A DNA stretch of 64,000 bases from Armatimonadota bacterium (GTDB lineage Bacteria > Armatimonadota > SYMT01): assembly GCA_041690135.1 (NCBI GenBank), contig JAWLHY010000002.1:288001-352000 (forward strand), given 5' to 3'. Under the pieces are notes generated by a model. That model was not told the DNA's origin. It did no database searches and saw only the letters and a program-made list of their open reading frames with translations. Position 1 is the stretch's first letter; every line of letters starts with the position of its first letter. Positions 17,252 to 26,775 of the stretch are shown in pieces. A program made the position numbers and the translations under genes.

Positions 17252-19186
17252 ATGCAGTTCACCCAATCCTATTCTCATCCGAGTACGGCCAGTATGGGGC
17301 CGGAGGGGCTCCGGCTGGACGTGGCCGCGGAGCAGCACCGGCCGCCGGTGTTCTTGCAGGCGATGGTGCGGGAGAGCCTCTCCTACGCCCGGCTGATGCT
17401 GGCGCTCTACCAGGTGGTGCAGGGGGATCTGCGCTCGAAGACGCGGGATCACAGCGCCTACCAGGAGTGGGTGCAGCAGCGTTATTTGGACGAGCTCTCG
17501 CCGCAACTGGCGGCCAACCGCGCGCGGATTCCGGGCCTGCTGCAGCAGCGGGACGAGTTGAGCGGCCGGATCTCGGAGCTGCATAAGGAAATCCGCGAGC
17601 TGGAGAAGCGGACCTCCGGCGCGGAGTTCCACAGCGCGAAACAGAGGTACTTCAACTGGCTGTGGAAGCACGACAAGGATGCCTGGTGGGTACTCGATCC
17701 CGTGGTGAGCGTCCATCCGGATGCCCTCATCTTCGAAGTCTTCTCCCAGGATGAATCGAGTTATGGCCGGGTCACGGTCCCCTCGGACCGGCTGGACGTG
17801 CTGGGGAACGTCGCCTACGGGACCACCAATATCGACTTCAGCCGCGCGCTGGCCCGCGAGATGGAGCGGGTGCGGAACTACCGTCCCGCCTGGCTCCAGA
17901 TCGGCGCGGAAGGCGTGACGATGGCCACTGGTGCCGGGGAAGCGGTGGAGAAGAAGATCGATCTGCCCCCGTCCTGGGTGCGCGGCTTCCTGCAGGTCCA
18001 GTCCGCGGCGGCGTTCGGCACCGTCGATCTGACGCTCAGCGCGGAGACGGTCGCCGAAGTGCTCTCCCTGCTGCGCCGGCAACGCGAGGAGGGCAGCCCG
18101 CGCTCCCTCCGGTTCCGTCTCGCCCCCGGCGAGTTGCCGGTCCTGATCGTGGAGCCGTGGAACGTCGAAATCCGGGAGTCGCAGCATGTGTATCGCGGCG
18201 ACCACCGGGGCGAAATCCGGCTGTGGGGGCGCCGGCGCCTGGCGGTCCTGGAGAATGTCCTGCCGCATGCCGAGGCGGTGCAGGTGCGACTGCTGGGCAC
18301 CGGGATGCCCTCCTATTGGAGCCTGCACCTGGGCAGCCACCGGTTCGACCTGGGTCTTTCCGGCTGGACCCGCAACGATTGGGCCAGGGCGGCCCGGTTC
18401 GATCTGCTGGCCTCCACCGGCGCCGTTTCGGAGCGGGATTTTGGAATTGCGGCCGCGAAACTGGAGGAGCGCCTGCGCCTGACCCCGGAGGAGCTGGCTA
18501 CGGTGGGCGGTCTCCCGCAGTCGGCCGCTGCCGCGGCCCTCCAGCAGCTCTGCGCGCGCGGGCAGGCGATGTTCGACCCCACCACGGGCGCCTACCGCTG
18601 GCGACCCTTGTTCGCCCACCCGGTGGAGCTGGAAAGCGACGAGGATAAGCGCCTGGCTTACGCGCGCCGCGTGCTGGAAGGCAACCGGGTGAAGTGGACC
18701 GGTAAGCCGGAAACAGTGCAGGACCGGGTGCGCCACACCGCCACCGTGCGCGGCGAGCGGGGCGAGAAGAACTTCCGGGTGATCCTGGAGCTGGACGCGG
18801 ACGGCCGGGTGCAGTACGCCGAGTGCACCTGTAGCTGGCACCGGCGGGAAAAGCTGCGCAAGGGCCCCTGCGGGCACATCCTGGCGGCCACGGCCCTGGC
18901 TTCCCAACTGGTGGAAGCAGGCACCGGAGGGCCGATCAACGCCCCCGATCCGCAGCGCTTCGCCGGCAAGACCTTTGTATTTACCGGGGCCCTCACCCGC
19001 TTCACCCGGGAAGAGGCGCACGCCATGGTGGAACAGGCCGGCGGAAAGCCCGGCAGCGACGTCAGCCGGAACACGGATTACCTGGTGGCGGGAGAGCGCG
19101 CCGGCTCCAAGCTCACCCGCGCCCGTTCCCTGAACATCCCGGTGCTGACGGAAGAAGAGTTCTTGAACATGCTTCAAGGGCGGTAG
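17252..19186 (+). CDS. Retron-associated SWIM zinc-finger protein with C-terminal BRCT domain
   Basis: LDPVVSVHPD..IFEVFSQDESSYG, SWVRGFLQVQSA, CTC..x..GPCGH SWIM motif, GKTFVFTG.L..FTREEA...GG..SVS..TDYLVAG..AGSKL..A BRCT; ATG 17252. Confidence 0.85.
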   Translation: MQFTQSYSHPSTASMGPEGLRLDVAAEQHRPPVFLQAMVRESLSYARLMLALYQVVQGDLRSKTRDHSAYQEWVQQRYLDELSPQLAANRARIPGLLQQRDELSGRISELHKEIRELEKRTSGAEFHSAKQRYFNWLWKHDKDAWWVLDPVVSVHPDALIFEVFSQDESSYGRVTVPSDRLDVLGNVAYGTTNIDFSRALAREMERVRNYRPAWLQIGAEGVTMATGAGEAVEKKIDLPPSWVRGFLQVQSAAAFGTVDLTLSAETVAEVLSLLRRQREEGSPRSLRFRLAPGELPVLIVEPWNVEIRESQHVYRGDHRGEIRLWGRRRLAVLENVLPHAEAVQVRLLGTGMPSYWSLHLGSHRFDLGLSGWTRNDWARAARFDLLASTGAVSERDFGIAAAKLEERLRLTPEELATVGGLPQSAAAAALQQLCARGQAMFDPTTGAYRWRPLFAHPVELESDEDKRLAYARRVLEGNRVKWTGKPETVQDRVRHTATVRGERGEKNFRVILELDADGRVQYAECTCSWHRREKLRKGPCGHILAATALASQLVEAGTGGPINAPDPQRFAGKTFVFTGALTRFTREEAHAMVEQAGGKPGSDVSRNTDYLVAGERAGSKLTRARSLNIPVLTEEEFLNMLQGR

Positions 19187-19193
19187 AAATCCG

Positions 19194-20621
19194 ATGTTAA
19201 CTCCTACACGACAGGATAGAGCCTACTGGCGGGAGCGGGTCCGGGAGATCGGGCTCACCGGGGTGATCCGGGAGGAGATGACCCGGCTGGGGTTCTGGCC
19301 GCCGAACGAGGAAGTGGGGCGGCAGGCTGCGGAGGCGATGGCGGAGCTGCGGGTGCGGTACCGCGATCTGGCGGAACTCCGGGAACAGCTACAGCGTCTC
19401 GAGCAGGAGTTGGGGGATGCCCAGAACATCGCCGCGATGATCGCCGAGATTCGCAAGCGGCGGATTGAGCGGGTGCGCGCGCAGCGGGAAGTCCGCCGGG
19501 AGCAGCGCGCCCGGGAGCGCGAGGAGCGGCGACGGCAGGATGAAGAATGGCGCCGGACCACCTTGCCGTTCCTGGGTCGCGGCGTCTCCGGCGGGTTGAT
19601 CTACACCGGTGGTGACCCGGTGCGGCTGGAGTCGCTGGGCCTGCCGGTCGTGGAGACGGCGGTGGATCTGGCGGCGGCGATGGAGATCCCGGTGGAGGAG
19701 CTGACCTGGCTCACCTATCACCGGGGCGCGGCCCGCACGGACCACTACCATCGCTTTACGATCCCGAAGCGGCATGGGGGTGTAAGGGTCATCTCCTCGC
19801 CCAAGCGGAACCTGCGCGCCGCCCAGCGCTGGATCCTGGCCTCCATCCTGGCGGAGCAGGAGGTCCATCCCGCGGCGATGGCGTTCCGCCCGAAACGCTC
19901 CATCGTCGATAACGCGGTGGCGCATGCGGGCCGGGCGGTGGTCGTACGCGTGGACCTGAAGGACTTCTTTCCCTCCATCACCTTCCGGCGGGTCAAGGGG
20001 CTGTACGAGTCGTTCGGCTACAACGAGGGGATCTCGACCCTCCTGGCGCTCCTCTCCACGGAGCCGCCCCGCGTGGCTCTGATGGTGGACGGCCAGCGCC
20101 GTTTCGTCAGTCTCGGGGATCGCCAGCTACCCCAGGGCGCCTGTACGTCCCCCGCCATCACGAACCTGCTTTGCCGGAAGCTGGACCGTCGCCTGGAGCG
20201 CGCCGCATCCGCGTTCGGGTTTACCTACACCCGCTATGCCGACGACCTGGTCTTCTCTCACGACCGGGAGGAGGCGCCGGTGGGAGCCATGCTGACCCTG
20301 GCGCGCTCCATCCTGTCCGACGAGGGCTTCACCGTCAACGAGGAGAAGACCGCGGTGATGCGGCCCCAGCACCGGCAGGTAGTGACCGGGATTGTCGTGA
20401 ACGGCGAGCCGGCCCGGGTCTCCCGGCGGGACCTGCGCCGGTTCCGGGCTTTCCTGCACCACTGCGAAACCGAGGGCTTCGCAGTGATGTCGCAGCGTCT
20501 CGGCCGGGATGCCCGCGCCTACGCGGCCGGCTATCTCTCCTTCATCCACATGGTCAACCCGGAACAGGAAGAGCGGATCCGCGCGCGGCATCCCTGGCTC
20601 TCACGCTGGGGTGAGGCGTAA
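19194..20621 (+). CDS. Retron-type reverse transcriptase (Mx162/type XIII-like)
   Basis: IPKRHGGVR.I..P, NAVAH (region X), DLKDFFPSI, LPQGACTSP, YADD, VVTG (region Y); N-terminal coiled-coil extension; no fused effector domain. Confidence 0.93.
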   Translation: MLTPTRQDRAYWRERVREIGLTGVIREEMTRLGFWPPNEEVGRQAAEAMAELRVRYRDLAELREQLQRLEQELGDAQNIAAMIAEIRKRRIERVRAQREVRREQRAREREERRRQDEEWRRTTLPFLGRGVSGGLIYTGGDPVRLESLGLPVVETAVDLAAAMEIPVEELTWLTYHRGAARTDHYHRFTIPKRHGGVRVISSPKRNLRAAQRWILASILAEQEVHPAAMAFRPKRSIVDNAVAHAGRAVVVRVDLKDFFPSITFRRVKGLYESFGYNEGISTLLALLSTEPPRVALMVDGQRRFVSLGDRQLPQGACTSPAITNLLCRKLDRRLERAASAFGFTYTRYADDLVFSHDREEAPVGAMLTLARSILSDEGFTVNEEKTAVMRPQHRQVVTGIVVNGEPARVSRRDLRRFRAFLHHCETEGFAVMSQRLGRDARAYAAGYLSFIHMVNPEQEERIRARHPWLSRWGEA

Positions 20622-20657
20622 GGGCCGATCCTTCGGTTCTCGGGGCGTATTCAGAGT

Positions 20658-21428
20658 TTACGGGGTGACCAGCCGGCCCACGACCAGCGACTTCTGGGTT
20701 TGATCGTACATCGTGGAGCCGTTGTCCGTGCTCCAGCAGTGGCCCACCACCTGGTCGTCCGCCGCATCGGCAAAGATCAGCATCTTGCCCTTGCCCACCC
20801 CCTCGTCAGGACCGCCGGCATCGGGGCGGGTCACGCGGGTGTCCTGCAGGTCGTGGGCATCGCTGCTGCTGTCGATCACCGTGACCGCGTACTTCCGGAT
20901 GCCGTTCGCTTCCGACAGGAGCACGGGGCTACCGGCCACCATCGCCATGTGTCCCGTGTTGCTCGTCTGGACCGTCAGGTTCTTGATGGCGATGAAGTCG
21001 CCCGCGGTCCACTGGCTCACCTTGCCCAGCGTCACGAAGTGCAGGTGCTTGTGCGCCAGCTTGCTGGTGCAGGTCTGGGCTCCCAGGAACCAGTCGTGGT
21101 AGGTCTTGGCAAACGGGCTCTTGGAGCCGATGCAGCGGTAGAAATCGGAGTCGGTATGGCCGTAGCTGTGCTGGATGAGCCGGGTGATGAACTGGCCGCA
21201 CACCGTGTTGTTGGAGGGGGTTACCCCGCTTCCAGGCCACACCACCGTGCTGCTGGTGTTGTAATCGTTGTTCGCCGCCTGGATGCTGATGACCAGCCGC
21301 TCCGCCTGCGTTGCGTGGAAGGGCGTGACGGAGGCGAACCCGCGGACCGCACCCGAGAGGGCGGCCGCGACCGTGGCGGCGACCAGGGCGCCGCGGAAAA
21401 CCTGCTTCTGGGTGGTGTTGGCGTTCAT
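20658..21428 (-). CDS. Secreted hypothetical protein, possible papain-like (NlpC/P60/CHAP-type) Cys-His fold
   Basis: Signal-like N-terminus; TVCGQFIT, GDFIAI, TGHMAMV, VIDSS motifs. Confidence 0.5.
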   Translation of the reverse strand: MNANTTQKQVFRGALVAATVAAALSGAVRGFASVTPFHATQAERLVISIQAANNDYNTSSTVVWPGSGVTPSNNTVCGQFITRLIQHSYGHTDSDFYRCIGSKSPFAKTYHDWFLGAQTCTSKLAHKHLHFVTLGKVSQWTAGDFIAIKNLTVQTSNTGHMAMVAGSPVLLSEANGIRKYAVTVIDSSSDAHDLQDTRVTRPDAGGPDEGVGKGKMLIFADAADDQVVGHCWSTDNGSTMYDQTQKSLVVGRLVTP

Positions 21429-21717
21429 GTTCTTGCTACTCCCTCCGGCCTTCTTTTGGAGCCGGCTGCGTTCCGGTTGACTGTAGTTCTTGCGGCCGGG
21501 GCCTCGCTCTAGCCAGGTAGAGTATGAACGACGGCGGGGATTTGGCTTGTGAAACGGGTCACGAGGAGAGGGTGAGTTGTTCCGGCGGTGATCGAGTGTC
21601 ACGGTAGCCGGAGTTCCGGGTACTCTCAAGAAAGGGGTCCCTTTCGGACAGGATCCGGGGGCCACGGGTGGAGAGCTGCGGCGCGACGGCACAACGGCGC
21701 CAGGGATGGGAGGCGCA

Positions 21718-22713
21718 ATGCAGGGACAAACGGAGCGAACGGGACGGATCTTGCTCACCGGGGCGACCGGATTTGTCGGCCGCCGGCTCTGGGGGGTGCT
21801 GACGCGGGCGGGGCACGAAGTCGTTTGCCTCACCCGTCGCGTGGAGACAGCGCGCGCGAAGTGGCCGGAGCGGACCTGGGTGCAGGGCGATGCCGCCGAC
21901 GAGGAGGACCTGGTCCGGGCGATGGAGGGCTGCACGGCCGCGTACTACCTGATGCACGGCATGGCCGAGCACGTCGCGGACTTCCGCCGCCTGGAACGGG
22001 AGACGGCGGAGCGGTTCAACCGGGCGGGAGAACGGGCGGGGCTCCAACGGACGGTCTACCTGGGCGGGTTCGCTCCCCAGGGCCCGCCCACGGAGCACCT
22101 GGCCAGCCGCCTGGAGGTGGGAGAGGTGCTCCGCAGCGGCCCGGTGCCCACCATCGAGCTGCGTGCCAGCATGATCGTGGGGCACGGCAGCCTTTCATGG
22201 TTGATGGTTCGCGACCTCGCCGCGCGCCTGCCCTGCATGGTCCTGCCGAAGTGGCTCGAATCCCGCACCCAGCCCGTGGCGGTCGATGACGTGCTGCAGG
22301 CACTGGTGCGCGCCCTCTCGCTGGATGCCGGCGGCAACCCTTCCTTCGACCTCCCGGGGCCGGAGATCCTTTCCGGGCGGGAGATCCTAGAGCGAACCGC
22401 GCAGGTGATGGGCCTTCCGCCCCCATTCATGGTCCAGGTGCCGGTGCTCTCGCCCTGGCTCTCGTCCCACTGGGTCCACTTCGTCACCCGCGCCGAGTGG
22501 GCGGTCGCCCGAGAAGTGGTGATCGGCATGGCCCACGACTTCCTGGCCCGCGACGGCCGGTTCTGGGACCTGGCGGGCATTCGTCCCATGGCGTTCGAAC
22601 AGGCGGCGAAGATCGCGCTGGCCGAAGAAGCGCAGGAAGGGACGATATCCGGCTTCTGGGGATCGGTTGAGCGAGGCCTCCGAAGGCATGCCGTACGCGC
22701 CACGGTCCCTTAG
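21718..22713 (+). CDS. NAD(P)-binding atypical SDR/epimerase (YbjT-like)
   Basis: ILLTGATGFVG, AYYLMHGM, HLASRLEV, LRASMIVG.GS.S. Confidence 0.85.
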   Translation: MQGQTERTGRILLTGATGFVGRRLWGVLTRAGHEVVCLTRRVETARAKWPERTWVQGDAADEEDLVRAMEGCTAAYYLMHGMAEHVADFRRLERETAERFNRAGERAGLQRTVYLGGFAPQGPPTEHLASRLEVGEVLRSGPVPTIELRASMIVGHGSLSWLMVRDLAARLPCMVLPKWLESRTQPVAVDDVLQALVRALSLDAGGNPSFDLPGPEILSGREILERTAQVMGLPPPFMVQVPVLSPWLSSHWVHFVTRAEWAVAREVVIGMAHDFLARDGRFWDLAGIRPMAFEQAAKIALAEEAQEGTISGFWGSVERGLRRHAVRATVP

Positions 22714-23215
22714 TTCTTTTTGAAGGTGAACCACTGGATCGGCCGGCACCGGTATCGCGGACCCCGGGAGCCGGAAGAGAAGTAAGCCGGATAGGGGTGA
22801 GTAGGAAAGAAAAGAAACCGACGAGTGCCGTTACTCGGCGCTCAAAATCGAAGGGTGGCCCGGCGCGGTCCTGGGGGGAATGGCGCTCGGGTCGGGATGG
22901 TGGACCGGAGACAGTGCCCCACTGGCCATACCCACGGCCAATCCCAGGCCGATGCACGCCAGGCGCGCCAGCAGGCGGAGGCGAGCGGGAATGATTACCG
23001 GCTCAAACGCGTCTTCCCGCAGTCCTGTGATGCCCCGAAATCGTACCGGGGCTATCCGGCTGCGGCCCCACAACCTCGGCTTCGTGCTATCCAGGTCCAC
23101 GCTTCCGTCCCCACTGGTCTGCCGCTCACGCCTGCTGAATCTCTCGGCAAGCTGATTTTGCCCGTCTCCCCATAACCGCAGGTGAACGAAGCCCTAAAGC
23201 GGCATTAAATGCGCT

Positions 23216-24448
23216 TCAGTAGTGGATTTCCAGCAGGCAGATCTCGGGCGGACAGAAGAAGCGCACCTGGGGGGCGAGGTTCCGCTCCATGCCGATGCCG
23301 CGGGACACGTGGAGCGGGATGTCGCCGAAGAGGTGGAGACCCCCCGCGTACTTTCGCGGCAGGCGGCTGAACGTGATGGGGGCGCCGTAGCCTGGAATCA
23401 CCACCTGCCCGCCATGAGTGTGCCCGGCGAGGGCGAGGTTGATACGCGGCGCTTCCAGCAGGTGCTGGACGTATTCCGGCGCGTGTCCGAGGGCGATGCG
23501 GTAATCGCTCCCGCCCGCCCGGTCCAGCAGATCCCGCAGGAGGTCCGGCGCGGGCTTTCGGCTGGTGCGGACGTCGAGGCCGACCAGGTCAAGTGACCGC
23601 CCACCCGGGAGGAGTACGGTCACGGTTTCGTTACTCAGGCAGCGGACGTTCGTGCCGGCGAAGAGGGCGGTCCACCCGTCGTGCTCCACGTCCCCTTCGA
23701 CCGCATAGACCCCCAGAGGTGCCTCCAGGGGTTCCGATTTCAGGAACTCCCGCAGGTCAGCCGCCGCCTGGTCGCGGGTGGGGCGGTAGCGGGACTGGAC
23801 GTAGTCGCCGGTGAATACGATCAGGTCCGGGCGCAGCGCATTCGCCGTCCGGAGCGCCCGCCGCTCGTAATCGCGGATGGCGTGGGTCTGCAGGTCGGCG
23901 AGGTGCAGCAGGCGCAGGGTGCCCGCGGGCGCCCTCCCCTGTGTGAGGTCGAGCGTGTGCCGGCGGACCTGCAGAGCGTACGGCTCCCGGTGGTACGCCT
24001 GCACGTAGACCCCGACGAGGAGTGCCGCCGCGGCGAACAGGAACCCGCCCCGGCGCCGATCGGAGCGACCACCGCTGCTCCGGGCGGCCCGCACGTGGAG
24101 GAGACCCACGAGGAACAGCAATAACGGCAGCTCTCCGAACAGGATCTGCGCCGCCAGCCGCAGCAGCGCGAAGGGCTTCTGGTCGGTCACCACCAGCACC
24201 ACTGCCCCTGCGAGGCTGGAGAAGGCGAAGACGACTCCATCCGCCAGGACGTAGATCAACCAGAGCCACAACGGTCCCGGAGCCGTAACGGGCGCTTCCG
24301 AGCTGGCTCCCCCGGGGGCCAGGAGAGGGGAAGTGGGGGTGCGGGCGGGTGTCCTTGCCAGGCGGTGGCGCCATCGTACCCCGATCCAGGCACACGCCGC
24401 CAGCACCAGAACATGGGCCGCGGCCATCGCCAGCGGGAAACTCAGCAT
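23216..24448 (-). CDS. Membrane-anchored metallophosphoesterase (YkuE-like)
   Basis: N-terminal TM helices; ADLQ, TGDY, GDVE, HAP, GHTHGGQ, VSRGIG. Confidence 0.85.
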   Translation of the reverse strand: MLSFPLAMAAAHVLVLAACAWIGVRWRHRLARTPARTPTSPLLAPGGASSEAPVTAPGPLWLWLIYVLADGVVFAFSSLAGAVVLVVTDQKPFALLRLAAQILFGELPLLLFLVGLLHVRAARSSGGRSDRRRGGFLFAAAALLVGVYVQAYHREPYALQVRRHTLDLTQGRAPAGTLRLLHLADLQTHAIRDYERRALRTANALRPDLIVFTGDYVQSRYRPTRDQAAADLREFLKSEPLEAPLGVYAVEGDVEHDGWTALFAGTNVRCLSNETVTVLLPGGRSLDLVGLDVRTSRKPAPDLLRDLLDRAGGSDYRIALGHAPEYVQHLLEAPRINLALAGHTHGGQVVIPGYGAPITFSRLPRKYAGGLHLFGDIPLHVSRGIGMERNLAPQVRFFCPPEICLLEIHY

Positions 24449-24685
24449 CGGGGATGATTCTACGCTGTTGCGGTTTCGCCAAACCGGACCGGTCTTGGAT
24501 CTCGATTGCCTTTATCCGGCAGAACGGGTGCGAGCCCAAAGCCGACCGTGGTGCACTCCGTGTGCGATGGCAAGATCCTGGTCGGGGACTGCGACCTGAC
24601 CCTACCAACGGGCATTGCAAATACGGTGGTCAAACCGTTGCCGGGATAGCTACTCCGTTCCCGTCCAGATACTCTTAACGGTGGG

Positions 24686-24723
24686 ACAGGGGAGAGCTGC
24701 CGAAGCCGGCACCCTCCCCTGTC
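24686..24723 (-). terminator. Hairpin downstream of the xylose-isomerase-like gene
   Basis: GACAGGGGAG...CTCCCCTGTC inverted repeat. Confidence 0.4.
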
Positions 24724-24763
24724 TTCAGGTCCCGACCCTGAGCGGTCGAGATTTGGAACGGCA

Positions 24764-25795
24764 CTACCGCAGGCCCATCAGATGCTTGACGATCAGCAGC
24801 TCCAGGGCTTCGTAGTCGCGGGAGTCGCGTAGGGCCTGGACTTCCGCCGGGTCGACCTTGCGGACCACCTCCACGAGTTGCAGGAAGATCTCCTTGCTGT
24901 TCTCCAGGTGGCGCCAGGCCAGCTCGAACGGCTGGGTGCGCATCGCCTTTACGTCAAGACCGATCCACTCGCCGTTCTTGCCGTAGCCGGCCTGCTCCAG
25001 CACCCATACCTGGTTGAAGGCACGGCGCAGGTCCACGGTGCCGAACGCCTTATCCTGGTCGTACTTCAGGCCGTTCTGGTCGTTCAGGTGCACGCTCCAG
25101 AGCTTGTCGTGCCACAGGGCGTAGGCCATTTCATCGCTGGGGTCCAGGCCGAGCAGGATGGCGTGGGCGCTCTCGATCAGGATACCGCTGCGGCTGGGAT
25201 CGACCGTTTTGTAGCAGAGCGCCAGGAAGTGACCGGTGCTCGGCATGTACATCAGGTCCATCGGCTCGTTCGGCTTCATCTCGCCCAGGATCCGGATGTC
25301 GCGGTCGTACTCCAGCAGCGCGTTGGCGTACTCCAGCATGTAGCTGAAGCTGTCCTGCGCGTTCTTCGACTCACGGATGTAGGTCCCTTCCCGCGCCGGC
25401 CACCACACGATGTCGCGGGTGCCGATCATCCGGGCAATGTCGATGGCCCGCTTCGAGCGGTCGATGGCGTACTGCCGCTCTTCCTTGCGGTTGGAAGTGA
25501 CCGGACCGTCCACGGTGCGGGGGTCTTCCCACAGCCGGGGCGCGATGAACTCCGCGACCAGACCGCGGTCGTCCAGCATCTTCTTAACCTCCGCCACCGC
25601 CTTCTCCATCTGGTCGGCGGGCAGGTCGGCGGGGATGACGTCGTCGTCGTGGAACTGGATGCCCTGGAAGCCGAGCTTGACGGCGATGTCGAGCTTTTCG
25701 GCGAACTCGCGGCTCGGGCGGACGGTCGGCCCGAACGGGTCGGCGCCTTCATGAATATTCCAGGGACCGAAGGAAAACCGGTACTGGGTTGCCAT
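24764..25795 (-). CDS. Xylose isomerase-like TIM-barrel protein
   Basis: GADPFG, FHDDD, W..REG, EMKPNEP, E.AH, HLNDQNGLKYDQD. Confidence 0.85.
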   Translation of the reverse strand: MATQYRFSFGPWNIHEGADPFGPTVRPSREFAEKLDIAVKLGFQGIQFHDDDVIPADLPADQMEKAVAEVKKMLDDRGLVAEFIAPRLWEDPRTVDGPVTSNRKEERQYAIDRSKRAIDIARMIGTRDIVWWPAREGTYIRESKNAQDSFSYMLEYANALLEYDRDIRILGEMKPNEPMDLMYMPSTGHFLALCYKTVDPSRSGILIESAHAILLGLDPSDEMAYALWHDKLWSVHLNDQNGLKYDQDKAFGTVDLRRAFNQVWVLEQAGYGKNGEWIGLDVKAMRTQPFELAWRHLENSKEIFLQLVEVVRKVDPAEVQALRDSRDYEALELLIVKHLMGLR

Positions 25796-25936
25796 AGGGG
25801 AGATGCTCCTGTCGAATACGGGAGGGCGCGGCCGGTGGAACGCAACAGCGTTCAGCACGCCCCATCGTGGTTAGCCGTGGAAGGGAGGGTTCCCTGCGTG
25901 GTGTGCGGGCGACCTTCTCTGGGGAATGACCCCGCC

Positions 25937-26719
25937 TTACTTGCGAAGACCGCGATCCCGGAGGAGGGCATCGGCCCATTGGGCCTCCTCGGGCGGGAGT
26001 GGCGGCTCCGGGTTCTTCGTGTAGTCTACCGAGAGATCGTACGAACCCCGGTCGTAGCACGTAGCGAGAGCCTGTCCCAAATGCAAAACTACATCCTCGT
26101 CGTCCGGCCTCACCGGAATCCGGAAGTTCGGGATCGGATCGCGAACCCCAAAGCGCACAACTTGAAATCGCTGTGTCCTCGCCCGGTGGATGCAGATGCG
26201 ATAGTCCGAGGGTGCAAGCAGCTCCTTCGGTACGGCGACGGTGTGGCGGCCGCCGCGTAGCAGGTCGATTTCGACAAGATGGGTCTCACTGACGAGGATC
26301 TCGCGCTGCTTCTCGCGGTACTCGCGATAACCAGTTCCCGTTTTGTTCCAGGGACTGAGCAACTCCAGAATGGTGACGACGGCATGCCCCGTGGTTTCCC
26401 GGATGGTGATGTACCGGTGGGGCACGGTCAGGTCCGGCACCACAATTTCCTCCGGGGCGGCGATATCCACATCGGGATCCGCGACCGCGAGGCGGCCGCC
26501 AGTGGCTCCGGGACGGGTTGCTTCGTAAACCCGCACGTCGGGCCGAATGCTCTCGCCGAGTGGGCCCAGAACTACCCGCTCTTCGGCGCGCGCGACGTAC
26601 CGGGGATAGAGCTGCGGTTGCAGGTCATCGCAGATACGGATCAGCAAGTTGGTGTGAACACCCTGCCAGAAGTGAGGATCTTCCAGGTAGGGGTCCATTC
26701 CGGGGAAAGGGCTGGGCAT
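25937..26719 (-). CDS. DUF4058 family protein
   Basis: MPSPFPGMDPYLE, ELLSP.NK, HLVEIDLLRGG, DY...P.PPL. Confidence 0.9.
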   Translation of the reverse strand: MPSPFPGMDPYLEDPHFWQGVHTNLLIRICDDLQPQLYPRYVARAEERVVLGPLGESIRPDVRVYEATRPGATGGRLAVADPDVDIAAPEEIVVPDLTVPHRYITIRETTGHAVVTILELLSPWNKTGTGYREYREKQREILVSETHLVEIDLLRGGRHTVAVPKELLAPSDYRICIHRARTQRFQVVRFGVRDPIPNFRIPVRPDDEDVVLHLGQALATCYDRGSYDLSVDYTKNPEPPLPPEEAQWADALLRDRGLRK

Positions 26720-26775
26720 CGACGTCTCCGTATCCAGTGCAGCTTTACTGATGGTACCGCGGGCCGGGATACGGG

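Noticed and set aside
19194-20621. Group II intron, DGR or CRISPR-associated RT
   Set aside because: NAxxH and VTG retron signatures are present, there is no maturase/endonuclease or Cas1 domain, and an msr-msd is found upstream.
10150-21650. Possible att-like direct repeat CCCTTTCGGACA at about 10160 and 21639 flanking the island
   Set aside because: A 12-bp exact match is expected many times by chance in 64 kb, and there is no integrase or tRNA target here.
22797-23175. Small overlapping ORFs between the SDR and metallophosphoesterase genes
   Set aside because: No motif or convincing RBS; 22831..23100 (-) has one hydrophobic stretch but too little support to call.
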